Below, in pieces: positions 59,130-64,000 of a DNA stretch of 64,000 nucleotides. Each line of letters opens with the position of its first letter. Position 1 is the first letter of the stretch. Made by a program: the position numbers and the translations under genes. This stretch comes from an uncultured delta proteobacterium (GTDB taxonomy: Bacteria > Desulfobacterota > Binatia > UBA9968), in NCBI GenBank assembly GCA_963727625.1, contig CAVSHR010000004.1, positions 896,001 through 960,000 on the forward strand, given 5' to 3'. Under the pieces are notes generated by a model. That model was given only the letters and a program-made list of their open reading frames with translations. It made no database searches and was not told the DNA's origin.

Positions 59130-59567
59130 TTACGGCTGCGGCCGTCTTCGATTGTCAAACTTGAACTTGTTGGCATTGCAGGCGATCTCGACCCGGTTGC
59201 CGTCGGGGTCGAGAAAACTGATCGAACGGTTACCCGCCACGATCAAGGTCTCCGGCCCACTGACAATCGGAATTTTTCGCCGCTTCAACACCGGATAGAT
59301 CTTGTCGATGACCTCGTTCGAATCGACATAGATACAGAAGTGATGCAGCTTCGGCGCGCCCTTGCCCGAGACATGCCGCACGGCCTTCGGCAGCGCCTGA
59401 AGAGCGATATCGTGATGTTCCCTTCCGTAACTCAAGAATGTCATCTTGGTCTTTAGGTTCCGCGCCGAAACCTTCAACCCGAGAATATCCCGGTAAAACC
59501 TCTCCGACTTCTTTAGATCGGCGACATTGAGGACAATGTGACCGAGCACTCCGTTGCGAATGTTCAT
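59130..59567 (-). CDS. VOC family protein (glyoxalase/extradiol dioxygenase)
   Basis: LGHIVLNV.D, FYRDILG, HHDIAL, LHHF, F.DPDGNRVE. Confidence 0.9.
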   Translation of the reverse strand: MNIRNGVLGHIVLNVADLKKSERFYRDILGLKVSARNLKTKMTFLSYGREHHDIALQALPKAVRHVSGKGAPKLHHFCIYVDSNEVIDKIYPVLKRRKIPIVSGPETLIVAGNRSISFLDPDGNRVEIACNANKFKFDNRRRPQP

Positions 59568-59699
59568 AAACGGCCCTAATAGATAACGGCGCCCGGATTC
59601 TGTCAAGCAGCCGCGTGTCCGATCGAATGATTCATTTGACAATGCTTTCGCGAATACGAGATATTCCGCGCTGGTGCAAAGACTATCGAGGAGTTGCGC

Positions 59700-60407
59700 A
59701 TGAAAATTATGGTGGTCATGGGCGAATACCCGCCCGAGGAAGGCGAACGGCGCCGTAAAGCGGTGCTCAAATGCGCGTCGCCGGGCACAGAGATCGGCTT
59801 CGGCGTCATCAAGGCGACTTTTTTTAAGCGCTCCAACTCTCAGGTCAATTCTCTTTCCGCCGGGCCGTTGGTCGCCGAAATTGCGCTCAAAGCGGAAGCC
59901 CATGGCTACGACGCGGTGGTGCCCTTCGGCACTCTCGATGCCGGCGTCGAGCTATCGCGCAACCTGGTGCGCATCCCCGTCGTGGGTGCGGGCCAATCGG
60001 TACTGCACCTCGGCGCCCAACTCAGCAACCGACTCGGAGTAATCGCTTACGAGGAAAAAAGCATTCCGTTCATGCGCAAGCAGATGCACGCCTGGCGCGT
60101 CGCTGACTCGGTGATCGGCATCCGCGGCGTACAGATTCCGCTCCCGGAAAGCACCAAGCACCGCGATGCCATGCGGGCTCGCTTCATCGAAGTAGCCCGC
60201 GAGTTAATCGACAAGTACGACGCCGAAATCATCGTGCCCATGGGCGTCACCATGGTGCCGGTGCAATATCCACCGGCCGAATTCGAAAAAGAGTTGGGCG
60301 TGCCAGTGATGGACGCGCTCAAGACCAGCATTCAAACCGCCGAGATGCTGGTGCGTATGGGTTTAACCCACAGCACCCGTACCTATCCGCGCCCGCCCGC
60401 AGCATAG
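59700..60407 (+). CDS. Asp/Glu/hydantoin racemase family protein
   Basis: AEAHGYDAVV, D.GVE..R.LV.IPVVGAG, LGVPVMD. Confidence 0.8.
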   Translation: MKIMVVMGEYPPEEGERRRKAVLKCASPGTEIGFGVIKATFFKRSNSQVNSLSAGPLVAEIALKAEAHGYDAVVPFGTLDAGVELSRNLVRIPVVGAGQSVLHLGAQLSNRLGVIAYEEKSIPFMRKQMHAWRVADSVIGIRGVQIPLPESTKHRDAMRARFIEVARELIDKYDAEIIVPMGVTMVPVQYPPAEFEKELGVPVMDALKTSIQTAEMLVRMGLTHSTRTYPRPPAA

Positions 60408-60433
60408 TGCTGAGTTATGAGTGCTGAGGGCTG
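60406..60433. repeat. 7-mer tandem repeat, 4 units
   Basis: agtgctg agttatg agtgctg agggctg, starting within the racemase stop codon. Confidence 0.7.
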
Positions 60434-60451
60434 ATTTTTGGAAGACAAGGA

Positions 60452-61324
60452 ATGAGACAGTTCGAATTAATTGAACCGCAAACTTTACACGACGCCTGCA
60501 TGGTTCTCGCCGAGAGTGAGGACACCAAGGCTGTCGCCGGCGGGACGGCGCTCTTGACGATTATCAAGCAAGGACTGCTGCGGCCAAAGGCGCTGGTTAA
60601 CTTGAAAAAAATTCGCGACGCTTCCGAGATCAACTTCGATCCGCAATACGGCCTGCGCATCGGCGCGCTGGCGACGATCAACGAGATTGAAACTTCCGAG
60701 TTGGTTCGCGAGCACTCCCCTGCGCTTACCGAAGCCTGTCACTTGGTCGCCAATATCCGGATTCGCAACATGGCAACCATCGGCGGCAACTTGGCGCACG
60801 CCGATTATCAATCTGATCCGCCGACGGTGCTTGCCGCGCTGGACGCGCGCATAGAACTCATGAGCACGACGGGATGCCGCGAATTGCCGTTAGGTGATTT
60901 TCAGCTCGGCAGTTACGAAACCGCGCTTCTGCCCGGAGAATTGCTCTCCGCAATAATCATTCCCCCGCCGCCTCAAGGGATGAAGGGTCGCTACGTCAAA
61001 TTCACCACCGGCTCGTCGGAAGAACGTCCCTGCGTGGGAGTCGCGGCAATGGCGCAGATGGAAAACGGCGTCTGTCGTGAACTGCGCCTTGCTATCGGCG
61101 CCGTCTCGCCGCAAGCCGTGCGCATTTCCGCGGGTGAAGAAGTTGCTCGTGAAATGATTCTGACCGATCAATTGATCGACAGCATCGCCTTAAAATCAGC
61201 ACGTAACGTTGAACCCATCGATGACCTGCGCAGTCCGGCGGATTACAAACGCCACCTGGTTCGCGTGCTGGTGCGCCGCGCGATCACGGCGCTGGTTGTC
61301 GACGTAGCGGAGCCAGCGCGATGA
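60452..61324 (+). CDS. Xanthine dehydrogenase family FAD-binding subunit
   Basis: AGGTAL, IRNMATIGGNLAHAD, DDLRSPADYK. Confidence 0.93.
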   Translation: MRQFELIEPQTLHDACMVLAESEDTKAVAGGTALLTIIKQGLLRPKALVNLKKIRDASEINFDPQYGLRIGALATINEIETSELVREHSPALTEACHLVANIRIRNMATIGGNLAHADYQSDPPTVLAALDARIELMSTTGCRELPLGDFQLGSYETALLPGELLSAIIIPPPPQGMKGRYVKFTTGSSEERPCVGVAAMAQMENGVCRELRLAIGAVSPQAVRISAGEEVAREMILTDQLIDSIALKSARNVEPIDDLRSPADYKRHLVRVLVRRAITALVVDVAEPAR

Positions 61325-63600
61325 CTCTTGTCGGCAGCAATATTGAAATGGCCGGCGCCCGCGCCAAGGTGAGCGGTTCGGTTAATTATGCCGCCAACCT
61401 GGAATTGCCGGGCCAGCTTTACGCCAAGGCGCTCCGCAGTCCTTATCCCCACGCGAAATTGATTCGCATCGATGCAAGCAAAGCCGTTGCCGTCCCTGGT
61501 GTGCGCGCCGTCGTAACGCGCGGCGATCTGGCGGAGCTTCATCCTCACTTCGGCACGGGAGTTGAAGATCAGCCCGTGGTGGTCATCGATAAGGTCCGCT
61601 ACGCCGGCGATATCGTCGCCGCGGTCGCGGCCGATAGCCGCGAGATCGCCGAAGCAGCGGTTGCGCTCATCAAAGCGGAATACGAAGAATTACCCGCCGC
61701 CACGGATATCCTCGAAACCATCAAAGCCGACGCACCGATCATCCACGAGAACCATGTCGACAAAAGCGCCGGGGGAAACATTCACGGTGTCTATCGCGGC
61801 ACCAGCGGCGACATCGAGCAGGGCTTCAAGGAATCCGACGAAGTGATTGAAAACTCTTATACTCTACCGCCCGTACAGCATGGCCATATCGAGCCCCAAG
61901 CGGTGACGGCCTTCTGGGAGCCGAGCGGCAAACTGGTCGTCCACACGCCCTGCCAAACGCCGTCGCCGCTGCAGGAGCAATTGGCGAAAGTGTTCAAGCT
62001 ACCGCTCAATCGGGTGCGCGTCATCGTGCCCCCGGTGGGCGGCGGCTACGGCGGCAAGAACCACGCGCGCATCGAGCCGGTGGTCGCGCTGCTGGCGCGC
62101 AAGGCGCGCCGCCCCGTGCAGTGGGTTCTCACGCGCGAGGAAGTTTTTCTCACCGGACGGCGCTTCGGCGCAGTGATTAAAATAAAAACCGGCTTCAAGC
62201 GCGACGGACGCCTGTGGGCGCGCAAAGCCGAAGTCTTTTACGACATGGGCGCCTACGCGCTCTCCGGCCCGGCCAATTCGAAGAACGCCTGCGTCATCGC
62301 CGGCGGCCCGTACAACATCCCGCACCGCGACTACACCACCTACGCGGTGTACACCAATCTTCCGCCGGCCGGTCCCTATCGCGGCGTCGGCGCGTCCCAT
62401 GCCTGCTGGGCCTATGAATCCGAAATGGACGAGATCGCCCGCCGATTACGCATGGACCCGCTCGAGCTGCGCTTGAAGAATCTACTCCAAGAGGGTGATA
62501 AATTTATTACCGGGGAGCCCATGATCTCGGTCGGGGTCTCCGAGTGCGTGAAGCAAGCGGCAAGCTCGATCGGCTGGCAAAGCGATCAAGAGCAAGCGCC
62601 GCGATCCGGCGTGATCGTCCGTGGCAAAGGATTGGCCGTCGCGATCAAAAGTACCTCTACGCCGAGCACTTCGGCCGCCAGCGTGCGTCTGAACTCGGAC
62701 GGGTCGGCAATCTTGCTGACCAGCAGCGCCGAGATCGGCCAGGGCGCGCACACCGCGCTAGCGCAGATCGTCGGCGACGTGCTCGGTCTAACGATCGAAC
62801 GAGTGACCGTGACTTTTCCCGACACCGACGTCACACCCTACGACAAATCCACCAGCTCGAGCCGCACGACGTTCCACATGGGACGCGCCGCCCAGATCGC
62901 CTCCCAGCAGATCCGTGATCAGATCCTAGAAGCGGGCGCAAAAGCACTTGAAGCAAGGGTTGAAGACCTAGAGCTCAAAGACCTTTCTCTAAAAGTAAAG
63001 GGCGTACCTGAAAGACGCCTCTCCTTTCCACAGATTTTCCGCGCGATCTACGGCGATCCGAGCGGTAGTCTATTCGGCAATTTCACCTTGCGGACCGAAG
63101 GCGGCGTCGATTCCAAGACCGGATTGGGCAAAGGATCGTCATTCTGGTTTTACTCCGCCGCCGGCGCCGAAGTCGAAGTCGATAGCGAGACCGGCAAAGT
63201 GCGCGTGCTCAAAGTCGCCACCGCCGTCGACGTCGGCAAAGCGATTCACCCGAAGCAATGCGACTTGCAAAACGAAGGCTCCGCGCTCGCCGGCTTGGGC
63301 TCCGCCCTTTTCGAAGAGATGTGCTTCGATAACGGCCAGCCGATCAACGCCACGTTTCTCGATTACCTCCTGCCGTCCATGCAGGACCATCCGGAACAGT
63401 TCGAATCCGTGCTCGTCGAAACGCCGCATCCCGACGGCCCCTTCGGTGCCAAAGGCATGGGCGAAGCCGCTCTCCCGCCCATGGCCGCCGCCATCGGCAA
63501 CGCGGTCGCCAATGCGCTCAACGGCATCCGCGTCCGCGACCTCCCTATCAAGCCGGACAAGATCGTGGCGGCGCTCAACGCCGCGCCGGACAAGCACTGA
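61321..63600 (+). CDS. Xanthine dehydrogenase family molybdopterin-binding subunit
   Basis: LRSPYPHA, VGGGYGGK, PYRGVG, EIGQG, SSRTT, PFGAKGMGE. Confidence 0.94.
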   Translation: MTLVGSNIEMAGARAKVSGSVNYAANLELPGQLYAKALRSPYPHAKLIRIDASKAVAVPGVRAVVTRGDLAELHPHFGTGVEDQPVVVIDKVRYAGDIVAAVAADSREIAEAAVALIKAEYEELPAATDILETIKADAPIIHENHVDKSAGGNIHGVYRGTSGDIEQGFKESDEVIENSYTLPPVQHGHIEPQAVTAFWEPSGKLVVHTPCQTPSPLQEQLAKVFKLPLNRVRVIVPPVGGGYGGKNHARIEPVVALLARKARRPVQWVLTREEVFLTGRRFGAVIKIKTGFKRDGRLWARKAEVFYDMGAYALSGPANSKNACVIAGGPYNIPHRDYTTYAVYTNLPPAGPYRGVGASHACWAYESEMDEIARRLRMDPLELRLKNLLQEGDKFITGEPMISVGVSECVKQAASSIGWQSDQEQAPRSGVIVRGKGLAVAIKSTSTPSTSAASVRLNSDGSAILLTSSAEIGQGAHTALAQIVGDVLGLTIERVTVTFPDTDVTPYDKSTSSSRTTFHMGRAAQIASQQIRDQILEAGAKALEARVEDLELKDLSLKVKGVPERRLSFPQIFRAIYGDPSGSLFGNFTLRTEGGVDSKTGLGKGSSFWFYSAAGAEVEVDSETGKVRVLKVATAVDVGKAIHPKQCDLQNEGSALAGLGSALFEEMCFDNGQPINATFLDYLLPSMQDHPEQFESVLVETPHPDGPFGAKGMGEAALPPMAAAIGNAVANALNGIRVRDLPIKPDKIVAALNAAPDKH

Positions 63601-63601
63601 A

Positions 63602-64000
63602 ATGAAGCTTTCGTTCTCTACAACGATCAACGACCAGGAGCATGCTGTTCAGGTCAATCCCAGCCAGACCTTGCTAGAATTTCTGCGCGATGACTTGAAG
63701 CTCAAAGGTGCCGTTGAAGGCTGCAGCGTCGGCGTCTGCGGCTCGTGCACCGTGTTGATCGACGGCAAACCGGTCAGTTCCTGCCTCACCCTCGCGAGCA
63801 ACATCGAAGGCAAACAAATCACCACCATCGAAGGCCTCTCGCAAAACGGCGAGCTCGATCCCGTGCAGCAAGCGTTCCTCAAGAACCAGGCGTTTCAATG
63901 CGGCTACTGCACGGGTGGCATGATCATGGCGGTTAAAGGCTTGCTCAACGCTCACCCGCACCCGAACGAGGAACAAGCGCGCGATTATTTGTCCGGCAAC
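63602..64000 (+). CDS. (2Fe-2S)-binding subunit (partial, runs off window end)
   Basis: Manual translation MKLSFSTTIND...EGCSVGVCGSCTV...QCGYCTGG...LSGN. Confidence 0.9.
   Translation, partial: MKLSFSTTINDQEHAVQVNPSQTLLEFLRDDLKLKGAVEGCSVGVCGSCTVLIDGKPVSSCLTLASNIEGKQITTIEGLSQNGELDPVQQAFLKNQAFQCGYCTGGMIMAVKGLLNAHPHPNEEQARDYLSGN

Overview
Gene-dense, GC-rich bacterial chromosome segment. The many NitT/TauT-type binding proteins, xanthine-dehydrogenase-family operons, UbiD and short-period intergenic repeats suggest a Candidatus Binatia / deltaproteobacterium-like soil organism (inference). It carries cysS, thiI, three molybdenum-hydroxylase operons, a small AT-richer island (TPR/HEPN-like protein, orphan XRE antitoxin, Phd-VapC), an ABC operon with four tandem binding-protein paralogs, a ynbA-ynbB-plsC lipid cluster and aromatic-catabolism genes. 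The most interesting region is 19.2-26.6 kb, a candidate selenium/chalcogen regulon. It contains a BCP peroxiredoxin with an in-frame UGA at the peroxidatic Cys and a SECIS-like hairpin (split by the ORF caller), a Cys-containing BCP paralog, a CysL/selenium-associated-type LysR, a frameshifted EgtB/OvoA/SenA-family enzyme, DUF427 and a PhnD-like 'putative selenate' ABC transporter. The same CTAT-N7-ATAG-N7-CTATGGA operator lies upstream of both the transporter and the EgtB-like gene. A second notable feature is a decayed four-helix-bundle gene enclosed by 37-bp inverted arms of 8-mer repeats and inserted between two operon genes, with an empty copy elsewhere. No rRNA, tRNA, CRISPR array or transposase was recognised.
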